Shown: positions 39,213 to 48,563 of the stretch, piece by piece
How the letters are laid out: every line of letters starts with the position of its first letter
How positions within the stretch are numbered: position 1 is the first letter of the stretch
NCBI GenBank assembly: GCA_945862935.1
Contig: CAMBBO010000001.1
Coordinates: 1-58,293 of the forward strand
DNA length: 58,293 nucleotides
Direction of reading: 5' to 3'
Source: Pseudorhodoplanes sinuspersici
GTDB taxonomy: Bacteria > Pseudomonadota > Alphaproteobacteria > Rhizobiales > Xanthobacteraceae
Notes under the pieces: model-generated
The model's database searches: none
What the model was told of the DNA's origin: nothing
The model's input: only the letters and a program-made list of their open reading frames with translations
Made by a program: the position numbers and the translations under genes

Positions 39213-39313
39213 ATCGTTGTCTCCGGAAGCGAACATGCTAGAGCAACAGAAGGATGGCGCGAGGCGTCGCGCAGTTTAGGATGGCGCGCAGCACCGGCAA
39301 GAGAGCAAACACC

Positions 39314-40420
39314 ATGACAAAAATCACGCATGTCGAAATCCTGCAGGTGGATTTGCCGCCCAAGGTGAAGCGCACCGACGCGATCCAGTCGTTCATCACG
39401 CAGGAAACGCCGATGGTGAAGATTACCACCGACGACGGACTGACCGGCACCGGATATTCCTACACAATCGGAACCGGCGGCTCCTCGGTGATCGCGCTGA
39501 TCAAGGATCATCTCGCGCCGCGCCTGATCGGGCGCGATCCGTTTCAGATCGAGGCGATCTGGAAGGACCTTTTCTTTTCGACCCACGCCACGGCGGTTGG
39601 CGCGATCACGAGCCTTGCTTTGTGCACGATCGACATGGCGCTGTGGGACATTCGCTGTCTCGCCGCGAAGCGTCCCTTGTGGAAGGAAGCTGGCGGTGCA
39701 CAAACGTCCGTGCCGCTCTATTCCACCGAAGGCGGATGGCTGCATGTCGATACGCAAGCCATCGTTGACGACGCGCTGTCGGTGAAGGCGCAGGGGTTCG
39801 GCGGCACCAAGGTCAAGATCGGCCGTCCGCATGTCAGCGAGGACGTCGCGCGATTGACCGCCGTGCGCGAGGCGGTGGGGCCGGGCTTCGACATCATGAC
39901 CGACGCCAATCAGGCATTCACGAATGCCGAGGCTGTCCGCCGCGCACATGCCTACGCGCCGCTCGACCTTGCGTGGTTCGAAGAGCCGCTTCCCGCCGAA
40001 GACATTGACGGCCATGTGCGGCTTGCGGAGTCCACGTCGATCCCGATTGCAGTTGGCGAGTCGCTCTACCACCCGAGCCACTTCCGGGAATATCTGCAGC
40101 GGCGCGCCTGCTCGATTGTGCAGGCGGACGTCGCGCGTATTGGCGGCATCACGCCATGGCTGAAGGTCGCGCATCTCGCCGAAACCTTCAACTGCGTGAT
40201 CTGCCCGCATTTCCTGATGGAAATTCATGTCTCGCTTTGCGCCGCAGTGCCGAACGCGCCCTGGGTCGAATGGATTCCGCAGCTCGACGACATCACAACC
40301 AACCGCATGACGGTGACCGGCGGGAAAGCCGTGCCGCCATCGCAAGCGGGCGTCGGCATCGCCTGGGACTGGCAAGCCATCGCGAAACGGCAAGCCTTCA
40401 CCCCTGTCATCGTAAAATGA
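39314..40420 (+). CDS. Mandelate racemase/muconate lactonizing (enolase superfamily) acid-sugar dehydratase-like enzyme
   Basis: GYSYTIG, IDMALWD, KVKIG, DANQ, WFEEP, GES, PH. Confidence 0.9.
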   Translation: MTKITHVEILQVDLPPKVKRTDAIQSFITQETPMVKITTDDGLTGTGYSYTIGTGGSSVIALIKDHLAPRLIGRDPFQIEAIWKDLFFSTHATAVGAITSLALCTIDMALWDIRCLAAKRPLWKEAGGAQTSVPLYSTEGGWLHVDTQAIVDDALSVKAQGFGGTKVKIGRPHVSEDVARLTAVREAVGPGFDIMTDANQAFTNAEAVRRAHAYAPLDLAWFEEPLPAEDIDGHVRLAESTSIPIAVGESLYHPSHFREYLQRRACSIVQADVARIGGITPWLKVAHLAETFNCVICPHFLMEIHVSLCAAVPNAPWVEWIPQLDDITTNRMTVTGGKAVPPSQAGVGIAWDWQAIAKRQAFTPVIVK

Positions 40421-40451
40421 AAAGCCGCGGCGATTTTTAGATCGCCGCGGC
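40420..40451. terminator. Terminator between convergent enolase-family gene and dctP
   Basis: GCCGCGGCGAT-N6-ATCGCCGCGGC with an A-run on the left. Confidence 0.7.
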
Positions 40452-40460
40452 CAGTGAAGA

Positions 40461-41444
40461 TTACTTCAGCGCCTGAAGCGCGTCGTATTCAGCCTGCGAC
40501 CATCCTCCGCTGCCGTCGTTATGCAGCGGGAGCGCCGCCGCGCGGAACGCAGCGCGATCGACTTCAACGACAGTCTTGCCGAGCTTCTTGAACTCGTCGG
40601 CAAGCTTCTGCTCGGACGCGCGGATCTGGTCGGTCGCCTTGGCGGCCGCCTGGATCAGCACTTCATTGAAGACTTTCTTCTCGTCGTCGGAGAGCTTCGC
40701 CCAGACATGCGAGCCGACGATGGTGAGAAGCGACTCGGTGATGTGGCCGCTCAGCATGATGTGCGACTGCACTTCATAGAACTTCTTGGCCATGATGGTC
40801 GGCAGCGGATTTTCCTGTCCGTCCACCGTGCCCTGCTGAAGCGCGAGGTACACTTCGGCGAAGGCGATCGGAGTTGCGTTCGCACCGACTGACTTCGTGA
40901 ACATGAGGAACAGCGGTGCCGGCGGCACGCGCAGCTTCATGCCCTTCATGTCTTCGGGCTTGGTGATCGCCTTGTTGGCGGTGACCATGCGCTGGCCGTA
41001 ATAGGTGAGCGCGATCACTTTGTGCTTGGTCTTGTCCTCGTAACCCTTGGCGATGTCACGGAACACCTTGCTTTCGCGATAAGCCTTCCAGTGATCGAAA
41101 TCGCGCAGCACGTACGGGGCGTTCGTGATTGCCATCGGCTTGTGGATCGAGCCGGCGAAAGCGACGCCGGTATAGATCATGTCTACAGTGCCAAGGCCGA
41201 GGCCTTCGTTGATCTGGTTTTCGTTGCCGAGCTGCGAAGCCGGGAAAACCTGAATTTCGTATTTGCCGTTGGTGCGCTTCTTGATCTCATCCGCCGCCCA
41301 GACGGCTTCGGTGTGATAGGGCTCCGACGTCTCGTAAACGTGGGCCCATTTCAGTTTGGTCTGCGCGCTTGCCGGGCCGGCAACGCCAAGCATGGCGATC
41401 GCAAACGTGGCACCGAGCGCAATACGGCTCGTCCAATTCAGCAT
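40461..41444 (-). CDS. dctP: TRAP solute-binding protein (DctP/SiaP family)
   Basis: Signal peptide; QVFPASQLG, GMKLRVP, EVYLALQQGTVDGQENP; ATG 41444 after AGGGAGG. Confidence 0.93.
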   Translation of the reverse strand: MLNWTSRIALGATFAIAMLGVAGPASAQTKLKWAHVYETSEPYHTEAVWAADEIKKRTNGKYEIQVFPASQLGNENQINEGLGLGTVDMIYTGVAFAGSIHKPMAITNAPYVLRDFDHWKAYRESKVFRDIAKGYEDKTKHKVIALTYYGQRMVTANKAITKPEDMKGMKLRVPPAPLFLMFTKSVGANATPIAFAEVYLALQQGTVDGQENPLPTIMAKKFYEVQSHIMLSGHITESLLTIVGSHVWAKLSDDEKKVFNEVLIQAAAKATDQIRASEQKLADEFKKLGKTVVEVDRAAFRAAALPLHNDGSGGWSQAEYDALQALK

Positions 41445-41535
41445 GGTAGCCTCCCTGTGACCTGTTTTTTCACCGCTGCGACCTTCTGTCGGGCACATCA
41501 CGGCGACCCTGCTTGAGCAGGGCCTCCCTTCTCGG

Positions 41536-41547
41536 CTAACATGTTAC
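41536..41547. promoter_or_regulatory. Putative GntR operator (TAACATGTTA palindrome)
   Basis: Perfect 10-bp palindrome just before the gntR ATG; related site CGAACATGCTAG at 39230-39241. Confidence 0.55.
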
Positions 41548-41548
41548 G

Positions 41549-42280
41549 ATGGATTTACGCAAGAGTTCATACCGCTTCCTCCCCGCTCTCGATCGCGGCA
41601 AGCGCGGCGGCGCCGTTCAAAACATCCAGGACACGATCCGGGACGCGATCGTGCGCCTCGATCTTGCGCCGGGTGACTTCATCGACAAGGCGGCGTTGTG
41701 CGAACGGCTCGGCGTTTCGCGTTTTCCCGTGTCCGAGGCGCTCGGGCGGCTTGCCGACGAAGGACTGGTTGAAGTTTTGCCGCAGCGCGGCACGCGCGTG
41801 ACCCGGATCGATCTTCCCGATTGCCGCGAGGCGATGTTCATTCGCTGCGCGCTGGAAAGCGACGGCTTGCGCGCGATTGCACCGCGCGCCGACGCAGCGT
41901 TGCTGGCGGAGCTTGACCAAATTCTGAGCGATCAGACCGACGCAATGAAACATGACGACCGCGCCCGCTTTCATGCCTGCGATCTTGCGCTGCACGACAC
42001 ACTTCTCAATTCCCTGCAATTCGAGCGGGTGAAGACGGCCGTGGTTGCCGCGCGGGCGAAGCTCGACCGCATGCGGCTGTTCATGTGTACGCCGGAACGG
42101 CAATCGGCCACGCTCGCCGAGCATCGCCGCATCGTGGAGGCGCTGAAGGCGCGCAACGCCAGCGAGGCCGGACTGGCGATGGAAGCCCATCTCGACATGG
42201 TGATGGAAGAACTCAGTGCCTTCTCGGCCGTCCGTCCGGACGCCTTCGAGGTTGAGGACAAGGATACCGCCGCAGCCTAG
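41549..42280 (+). CDS. GntR-family regulator (FadR/FCD subfamily)
   Basis: LAPGDFI..LCERLGVSRFPVSEAL..L..EGLV..PQRGT; FCD with D..LH and EH..I..AL. Confidence 0.92.
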   Translation: MDLRKSSYRFLPALDRGKRGGAVQNIQDTIRDAIVRLDLAPGDFIDKAALCERLGVSRFPVSEALGRLADEGLVEVLPQRGTRVTRIDLPDCREAMFIRCALESDGLRAIAPRADAALLAELDQILSDQTDAMKHDDRARFHACDLALHDTLLNSLQFERVKTAVVAARAKLDRMRLFMCTPERQSATLAEHRRIVEALKARNASEAGLAMEAHLDMVMEELSAFSAVRPDAFEVEDKDTAAA

Positions 42281-42473
42281 AAGCCCCGGCCACGTTGACC
42301 CGCCGGACCAAATCATTCAAATGATTCAGCGGTGCCGGGCCATTTTCCGGCGCTTTTTGCCCCGCCATTTGCGGGGTATTTGTTCAAGTCGTTGCCTTCA
42401 CTGAATTTATTTCAAACTGGAACTCCGTTCTCTGTTCGCGCGTTGCTGCGGGAGATCGAGCTGGAGATTACCA

Positions 42474-42710
42474 ATGGCCTTCGCGCGCACCATCCGTATC
42501 ACCGACGCCGTGCCTTTCGGGGATGTCACCATCGTCCCGTCAGCCCTGACAGGCCGATCCGACGCGCACCTTGCTCATGCGATGGCAGCCGAACTCGTGT
42601 CATCCGACCCGGAAAGCGACGCCGATGCGCTGCGCCACCTGCGCCTTTCCTTTCCGGATTCCCCGCTCACCGTGCGGGTCGCGGCTCTGGCCGCAATGAT
42701 GCGCCGCTGA
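42474..42710 (+). CDS. Small hypothetical protein
   Basis: 78 aa, SD GGAG, fills the intergenic gap. Confidence 0.6.
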   Translation: MAFARTIRITDAVPFGDVTIVPSALTGRSDAHLAHAMAAELVSSDPESDADALRHLRLSFPDSPLTVRVAALAAMMRR

Positions 42711-42714
42711 TCCG

Positions 42715-44058
42715 CTAGCTGCGAAATAACGCCTCGACTGCGGCCGCCGCGCTGAACAGCCGGCGGTCGTCGCCATTTCGGCCAAGCATCATGAGGCCGA
42801 CCGGCAAACCGCCCTCTCGCGGCAGCGGTAGCGAGATCGCACACAGATCGAAGAAATTCCCGATTGCGGTGTTGCGAAGAAGCGCCAGATTGTTCGTGGC
42901 ATAGCCCTCCGGCGACTGCACTTCGGACACGAGCGGCGCAACAATCGGCGTCGTCGGCATGATGAGCGCGTCGAGGCCGTCGAGCCGCTCGTGCATCGCG
43001 CGCACGAGACGCAAACGCTCCTGGATCACGCTGACGTATTCCGCAGCAGTCATGGTGGAGGCACGCTCGATCCGCGTGCGTACCATCTGATCAAGGTCTG
43101 CCCCGCGCCGCGCGATACGGTCGCGATGAATGCTGAGCGCCTCCGGCTGCGGCAGCCAGAGACGGCCGATGATCTGCGCCATCTCGTCGAGCAGGCCGAT
43201 CTTTTCCTCGCTCACGCGGGCGCCGGCCTTTTCCAGCACAGCCAGCGCACTTTTCCAGCGCGCTGCGGTCGTCTCGTCGAGCTTTTCGATGGGGAATCCT
43301 GAGGCAATCCCAAGACGCATTCCCCGGATCGCAAATGGCACGATCGTGGCAGGCGTATCTCCCGCTATGACGGCGTCGGCGAACGCGCAGTCCGCAACGC
43401 TCTTTGCCATAGGGCCTACGGAATCGAGTGTGAAGGACAGAGGGAAGGCGCCATCGGTCGGTACGCGCTGCTTGCTCGGCTTCCATCCGGTGATGCCGCA
43501 CAACGTCGCCGGGATGCGCGTCGAGCCGCCGGTATCGCTGCCGATGCCGATCTGACACATGCCATCCGCGATGGCGACGGCAGCGCCGCAGGACGAACCG
43601 CCGGGCACACGCGCGCGATCCGCCGGATTTCCCGGCGTGCCGAAATGCGGATTGAGGCCGAGCGCGGAGAAGGCAAACTCGGTCATATTGGTTTTCGCAA
43701 CGATCACAGCGCCCGCCGCGCGAAGCCGCCGCACGATCGGCGCGTCGGCTTTGGCAGGCTTGCCTTCATCCGCCAGCACCTTCGAACCCGCGCGCGTCAC
43801 CTCGCCTGCAACATCGAACAAATCCTTGATCGTAAAAATCACTCCATCGAGCGGACCGAGCGAGATGCCCGCCTTGGCCCGCGCATCGGCAGCATCAGCC
43901 GCGTTGCGGGCCGCGACGTCATACAGCGTCAGGCAGGCACGGCTCCCCTCGCCCTTCGGATCGGCGATGCGTGACAGGGATTGTTCGAGACGGTCGCGCG
44001 AGCACATGGCGGATTTCACTTGTGGGAGGAGCGGGCTGGCAGCTGTGGAGATTGTCAC
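42715..44058 (-). CDS. Amidase-signature family protein
   Basis: IKDLFD, GGSSCG, IGSDTGGSTRIP (Ser-cisSer-Lys triad). Confidence 0.92.
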   Translation of the reverse strand: MTISTAASPLLPQVKSAMCSRDRLEQSLSRIADPKGEGSRACLTLYDVAARNAADAADARAKAGISLGPLDGVIFTIKDLFDVAGEVTRAGSKVLADEGKPAKADAPIVRRLRAAGAVIVAKTNMTEFAFSALGLNPHFGTPGNPADRARVPGGSSCGAAVAIADGMCQIGIGSDTGGSTRIPATLCGITGWKPSKQRVPTDGAFPLSFTLDSVGPMAKSVADCAFADAVIAGDTPATIVPFAIRGMRLGIASGFPIEKLDETTAARWKSALAVLEKAGARVSEEKIGLLDEMAQIIGRLWLPQPEALSIHRDRIARRGADLDQMVRTRIERASTMTAAEYVSVIQERLRLVRAMHERLDGLDALIMPTTPIVAPLVSEVQSPEGYATNNLALLRNTAIGNFFDLCAISLPLPREGGLPVGLMMLGRNGDDRRLFSAAAAVEALFRS

Positions 44059-44092
44059 GAAGCTGTCATGTGTTGTCGAGTAGCGTTTCCGA

Positions 44093-44608
44093 ATGGTCGA
44101 GTTGCGTCATATCCTCTACCTCTGCACCGGAAATTCCGCCCGCTCAATCATCGCCGAAGCGGTCACCAACCGTATCGGCCGTGGCCGAGTGCGCGCCTTC
44201 TCGGCCGGAAGCCGCCCCGCCGGGCGCGTCAATCCGCAAGCGCTGGAATTGCTGATCGACCTTGGCTACGCGACCGCGGACCTGCGCTCCAAAAGCTGGA
44301 CCGAATTTTCCGAACCCGGTGCGCCCGCGATGGATCTTGTCGTGACACTCTGTGACGAGGCTGCGGGCGAATCCTGCCCCATTTGGCCCGGCCATCCGCT
44401 GACCGCGCATTGGGGCATTCCCGATCCTGCCGCTGCGAAGAATGCGCGCGCGATCCGTGCGGCACTCGCCGACGCGCATCGCGTGATCGAGACGCGCGTA
44501 CATCGCCTGCTCGACCTGCCAATATCCGCGCTCGATCAAGCCGGACTTCGCCAGCACCTGAACAATATCGACGACGACCGCATGCTCATCGCGGCTTGGA
44601 GCCGCTAA
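44093..44608 (+). CDS. arsC: Arsenate reductase, LMW-PTP fold
   Basis: LCTGNSARS, SAGSRP, RSKSW.EF, CD..GESCPIWPG, HWGIPDP. Confidence 0.85.
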   Translation: MVELRHILYLCTGNSARSIIAEAVTNRIGRGRVRAFSAGSRPAGRVNPQALELLIDLGYATADLRSKSWTEFSEPGAPAMDLVVTLCDEAAGESCPIWPGHPLTAHWGIPDPAAAKNARAIRAALADAHRVIETRVHRLLDLPISALDQAGLRQHLNNIDDDRMLIAAWSR

Positions 44609-44618
44609 CCGCACCGAC

Positions 44619-44647
44619 AAAAAAGGCGGCCGGTAAGGCCGCCTTTT
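44619..44647. terminator. Bidirectional intrinsic terminator
   Basis: AAAAGGCGGCC-ggtaa-GGCCGCCTTTT between convergent arsC and dctP. Confidence 0.85.
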
Positions 44648-44670
44648 CGTTCGTCGATTGTGAGACGCTC

Positions 44671-45675
44671 TTAGTTCGTCGCGGTGCCCGCCACGGTCTT
44701 TTCGAATTCGTCGAGCACGTCCTTGCCGACGCGCGCCGCAGCGTCGTCGTAGACCGGCTGCATCGCCTTTTTCAGCCCTGCCTTTTCCGCGGCGGTGAGC
44801 GTGACGATCTGGGTCTTGCCCGACTTCTTCATCTCCTCGAGCGCGTCCGCATTTTCCTTGCCGGCAATGCCGTTGCCGTAAGCGGTCGCCTCGGCCATCG
44901 CCTTTTCAAGCTGGCCGCGGATGTCGGCCGGCAGGCCGTCCCAGAACTTCTTGTTGGCCACGACCACGTAGCCGATATAGCCGTGATCGGAGACGGTCGT
45001 GTATTTCTGCACTTCGTGCATCTTCTGGGTGTACATGTTCGACGGCGTATTCTCCTGGCCATCGACCACGCCGGTTTGCAGCGCCTGATAGACTTCAGAG
45101 AACGCCATCACCTGCGGGATCGCGCCGAGCGCACGCATCTGCGCTTCGAGGATCTTCGAGGACTGGATGCGGAATTTCAGCCCCTTGAAATCGTCCGGCG
45201 TGCGCAGCGGCTTGTTGGCGGAAAATTCCTTAAAGCCGTTGTCCCAAAACGCGAGGCCAACCATGCCCTTGCTCTCAACCAGCTTGAGAAACTTCTTGCC
45301 GAGCGGCCCGTCGGTGACACGGCGCAACGCCTTGGTGTCCGGCAGCACGAACGGCAGATCGAACACTTCGTATTGCTTCACGCCAATCGGCCCGAATTTC
45401 GAATTGGACGGGGCGAGCATCTGCACCGCGCCAAGCTGCAGCGCCTCAAGTTCTTCCTTGTCCTTGTAGAGCTGCGAATTCGGATAGACCTCGATCGTCG
45501 CCTTGCCGTTGGTGTATTTCTCGGCGAGTTCCTTGAACTTCAGCGACGCCTTGCCTTTCGGTGTATCCGGGGCGACGACATGGCTGAATTTGATGACGAT
45601 CGGCGACTGCGCGCCGGCGGGAACCGCGAGCGCGACCGCTGCGGCAAAAACGGACAGAACGGCTAGTTTTTTCAT
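44671..45675 (-). CDS. dctP: TRAP C4-dicarboxylate-binding protein (stand-alone)
   Basis: IKFSHVVA.DTPKG, YPNSQLYKDKEELEALQLG, WDNGFK, FRIQSS, DGQENT. Confidence 0.93.
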   Translation of the reverse strand: MKKLAVLSVFAAAVALAVPAGAQSPIVIKFSHVVAPDTPKGKASLKFKELAEKYTNGKATIEVYPNSQLYKDKEELEALQLGAVQMLAPSNSKFGPIGVKQYEVFDLPFVLPDTKALRRVTDGPLGKKFLKLVESKGMVGLAFWDNGFKEFSANKPLRTPDDFKGLKFRIQSSKILEAQMRALGAIPQVMAFSEVYQALQTGVVDGQENTPSNMYTQKMHEVQKYTTVSDHGYIGYVVVANKKFWDGLPADIRGQLEKAMAEATAYGNGIAGKENADALEEMKKSGKTQIVTLTAAEKAGLKKAMQPVYDDAAARVGKDVLDEFEKTVAGTATN

Positions 45676-45826
45676 ATTGTTCTCCTTGGATTGTTTTTCG
45701 CGGCGAAGCGCCAGCTATTGGCGGCAAACCTAGCGAATGAGGCCGTTGCGGGAAAGGGTTGTATAACGGCCCGTCGCATCATCGTGAACGGCGCCTGTTG
45801 CATTGCGGCATACACGCAATGAGTGC

Positions 45827-46228
45827 CTAGACCTTCATGAATTGAGCGAAGGGCCGCCCGCACACGCAAGCCCAGCCTTTCCCGTGGCGGGCAAAAGCAG
45901 CGCGAATTTTCGTTCGCCCCTGTTCGCTCAGGCGCGAGACGTCCCAGCGAGGCGAGAACAGCGTGCGCACATGGGGAAGCGCGAACGCGTCCTCGATGGA
46001 GCATTCCAGATTCATGGTGAGCAGCCCCATCGACGGGCAATCCGGATGCGTCGGTATCACCGCGATGGCGATGCGCGGCCCTTCCAGCGCTACATTCTGC
46101 AGAAAGCCAAGTTCAGTTGCGGACAATCCCGTTTGCGGTTCTATCGTTTCCGACGCAACGCGCGAAACAAGTTCGCGGGCAATGGCGAGGCCGATCCGTT
46201 TCGTTTGAACAGCCGGCGCTGGGCTCAA
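45827..46228 (-). CDS. Divergent PaaD/DUF59 (metal-sulfur cluster assembly factor)-like protein
   Basis: [34 protein letters not shown] and terminal [10 protein letters not shown] parallel the PaaD motifs; TTG start overlaps the ureG stop. Confidence 0.6.
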   Translation of the reverse strand: MSPAPAVQTKRIGLAIARELVSRVASETIEPQTGLSATELGFLQNVALEGPRIAIAVIPTHPDCPSMGLLTMNLECSIEDAFALPHVRTLFSPRWDVSRLSEQGRTKIRAAFARHGKGWACVCGRPFAQFMKV

Positions 46229-46842
46229 TGTCCGAGCCCGCCTTTTTCTTCGATGAAGCGCGTCACCACGCCAACATCCCTGCCCTCGCGCAGATTGGTA
46301 AACACGAAGGGACGATCCTTGCGCATTCGTTTTGTATCGCGCTCCATCACTTCGAGCGAAGCGCCGACATAAGGCGCAAGATCGGTCTTGTTGATGACCA
46401 GCAAATCCGAACGCGTGATGCCCGGCCCGCCCTTGGAGGGGATTTTCTCACCCGCCGCGACGTCGATGACGTAGATCGTGAGATCGGCCAGTTCCGGCGA
46501 GAAGGTCGCGGCAAGATTGTCGCCGCCGGATTCGATCAACACCAGATCAAGATCGGGAAATTTCGCCTGCATGTCCGCGACCGCCGCAAGATTGATCGAG
46601 GCATCCTCGCGGATGGCGGTATGCGGGCAACCGCCAGTCTCCACGCCAGCAATACGATCGGGCGCGAGCGCGCCGGAACGCACGAGATATTCGGCATCCC
46701 ATTTTGTGTAGATGTCGTTCGTGATCGCGGCGATCTGGTACTTGTCGCGCATCGCCTTGCACAGAGCATCCATCAGCGCGGTCTTGCCAGAGCCGACAGG
46801 GCCGCCGACACCGACGCGCAACGGACCGTTGGGATTTTTCAT
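46225..46842 (-). CDS. ureG: Urease accessory GTPase
   Basis: [27 protein letters not shown]. Confidence 0.97.
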   Translation of the reverse strand: MKNPNGPLRVGVGGPVGSGKTALMDALCKAMRDKYQIAAITNDIYTKWDAEYLVRSGALAPDRIAGVETGGCPHTAIREDASINLAAVADMQAKFPDLDLVLIESGGDNLAATFSPELADLTIYVIDVAAGEKIPSKGGPGITRSDLLVINKTDLAPYVGASLEVMERDTKRMRKDRPFVFTNLREGRDVGVVTRFIEEKGGLGH

Positions 46843-46845
46843 GGG

Positions 46846-47595
46846 TTAGCTCCGGAACAGGCGAGTGTATTGCGTCTCGTGCTTCATGCTTCCGATGTCG
46901 GCGCGCAAGGTGGCGCTGCCAAGATCGTCGAGCGAAGCTGCGAGGGCGCGCTGCGCGGTTTGCGCGATAATACCCTCCAGCGCCACGAGCACGCGCTGAC
47001 CGTCTGTTTGTCCGAGCGGCACGAGACGCACGCCCGCCGAAATCCAGTTCGATACCAGCGCATGCAGATAGGCATGCAGCGCCATTTCGACCGGAATGCC
47101 GTGACCCCTGGCCGAAACCCCGACCGCGACCGGATACGCCACCGGCCCATCCCACGCATCGCGCAGCCTATCGAGCGCCGCGCAATGCCACGCGGCGCGG
47201 GTGGCTTCGATAAAAGCGCGGCCCTGCGCGGTCGTTTCCAGATGACGCTCTTTCGATGAGGCAAACGCTGCCGCAAGTTCGGCAATGTCGTGCAACGGCT
47301 TCTTGTCGCCATCGGCCGCGGCAAGATGGGAGTGCACGAAGAACACCGCGTCGCAAAATCCGGAGCCGTGTTCGAGCATGGCGGTAAGCCAGTCGCGTAA
47401 CGTGCCGGCATCCTTGATGTCGCCCGCTTCGACCGCCCATTCGATGCCGCTGGAATAAGAGAACGCCCCGACCGGATAGGCCGGCGACAGCCACGCCATC
47501 AGTCGATAGAGGGCGGAAGATTCAGACACGCTCGGGACGGAACGCAGCGCCTCGGCGTTCTTTACTAAAGGGATGCTTTTGGCCTTCCGCGCCAT
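46846..47595 (-). CDS. ureF: Urease accessory protein
   Basis: [37 protein letters not shown]; start ATG 47595. Confidence 0.95.
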   Translation of the reverse strand: MARKAKSIPLVKNAEALRSVPSVSESSALYRLMAWLSPAYPVGAFSYSSGIEWAVEAGDIKDAGTLRDWLTAMLEHGSGFCDAVFFVHSHLAAADGDKKPLHDIAELAAAFASSKERHLETTAQGRAFIEATRAAWHCAALDRLRDAWDGPVAYPVAVGVSARGHGIPVEMALHAYLHALVSNWISAGVRLVPLGQTDGQRVLVALEGIIAQTAQRALAASLDDLGSATLRADIGSMKHETQYTRLFRS

Positions 47596-47597
47596 CG

Positions 47598-48143
47598 TCA
47601 GTGATCGTGATGATGATGGCCGTGGGCATGATCGTGGCCGCAATGCTCGTCGTGCACATGATCGTGGTCATGATGTGCGGCGTCGTGCGAATGATCGTGT
47701 GCATGCGCTTCGTGATGATATGCACCGCGCTCGGGGCGGAACGGGCGATCCACGATCTTGGTCGCGGCCCCTAAGCCCCGCACCATCTCGACAAGGACAT
47801 GGTCCTCCTCGATGTAGATCGCGCCTTCGGAAATCTCCGCCGCCGTATGGCGATTGCCGATATGCCACGCAAGGCGCAGAAGCCGCTCAGGACTTGCCGC
47901 CGTGATCTCGACCAGACGCTGCGGCGCAGCTTTCACCTGAACCAGACGTCCGTCCTCAAGCTTTAGCGCGTCACCGTCGTCGAGCACCGCGGCCTTTTCC
48001 AGATCGAGCAGGAAATCGAGACCGCCCTCGCCCTTCAGGGCCGCGCGGCGTTTGTGGCGGGCCTCGTGATCGAGCACGACGCGGTCAGCGACCTTGTCGG
48101 CCTTGACCGCAGCTTTGCGAACGATCGACGTGGCGCGCAGCAT
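47598..48143 (-). CDS. ureE: Urease nickel chaperone with His-rich tail
   Basis: [18 protein letters not shown], poly-His C-terminus. Confidence 0.95.
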   Translation of the reverse strand: MLRATSIVRKAAVKADKVADRVVLDHEARHKRRAALKGEGGLDFLLDLEKAAVLDDGDALKLEDGRLVQVKAAPQRLVEITAASPERLLRLAWHIGNRHTAAEISEGAIYIEEDHVLVEMVRGLGAATKIVDRPFRPERGAYHHEAHAHDHSHDAAHHDHDHVHDEHCGHDHAHGHHHHDH

Positions 48144-48144
48144 C

Positions 48145-48450
48145 CTACTTTATCTCGACATTGGCGGGCGTGATGATCTCGACCTTGCGCGAGGCGATCA
48201 GCGACGCGTTGGCCGCCCGCCACACCGCCATGTGCGGCATGTCGAAATGCTTGGTGAGGTCTTCGCGGGTCTTCCACTGCTCGACCACGCGCAGCGTGTC
48301 GGGCTCCGAAAGGCTGACATGCGACTGGTAGAGGATACAGCCCGGCTCGTTTTCGTTGGTGGCTTTCACGACGGCGCGGGCGTGCGGCAGCAATTCGTCG
48401 AGCTTGCCGGAATGGGTCTTGAGGGTGGCGATGACGTAGATGGTGGACAT
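48145..48450 (-). CDS. Antibiotic biosynthesis monooxygenase (ABM)/putative quinol monooxygenase
   Basis: EPGCILY, VVEQW, HFDMPHM. Confidence 0.85.
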   Translation of the reverse strand: MSTIYVIATLKTHSGKLDELLPHARAVVKATNENEPGCILYQSHVSLSEPDTLRVVEQWKTREDLTKHFDMPHMAVWRAANASLIASRKVEIITPANVEIK

Positions 48451-48563
48451 GCGTTTCCTCGGGTTTTCGATTATGCACGGACGAAGATGTGACCGCGTTG
48501 TTAGCCTCTTATCGCCCGCGCATCCACCGCCTTTGGTTGATCAATCAGCAAAAACGCCGCAGG

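Noticed and set aside
45796-45812. TGTTGCATTGCGGCATA PhaR-like motif
   Set aside because: Degenerate and very common in alphaproteobacterial intergenic DNA; cannot be supported from one window.
47598-47720. His/Asp-rich low-complexity repeat
   Set aside because: Ordinary UreE nickel-binding tail.
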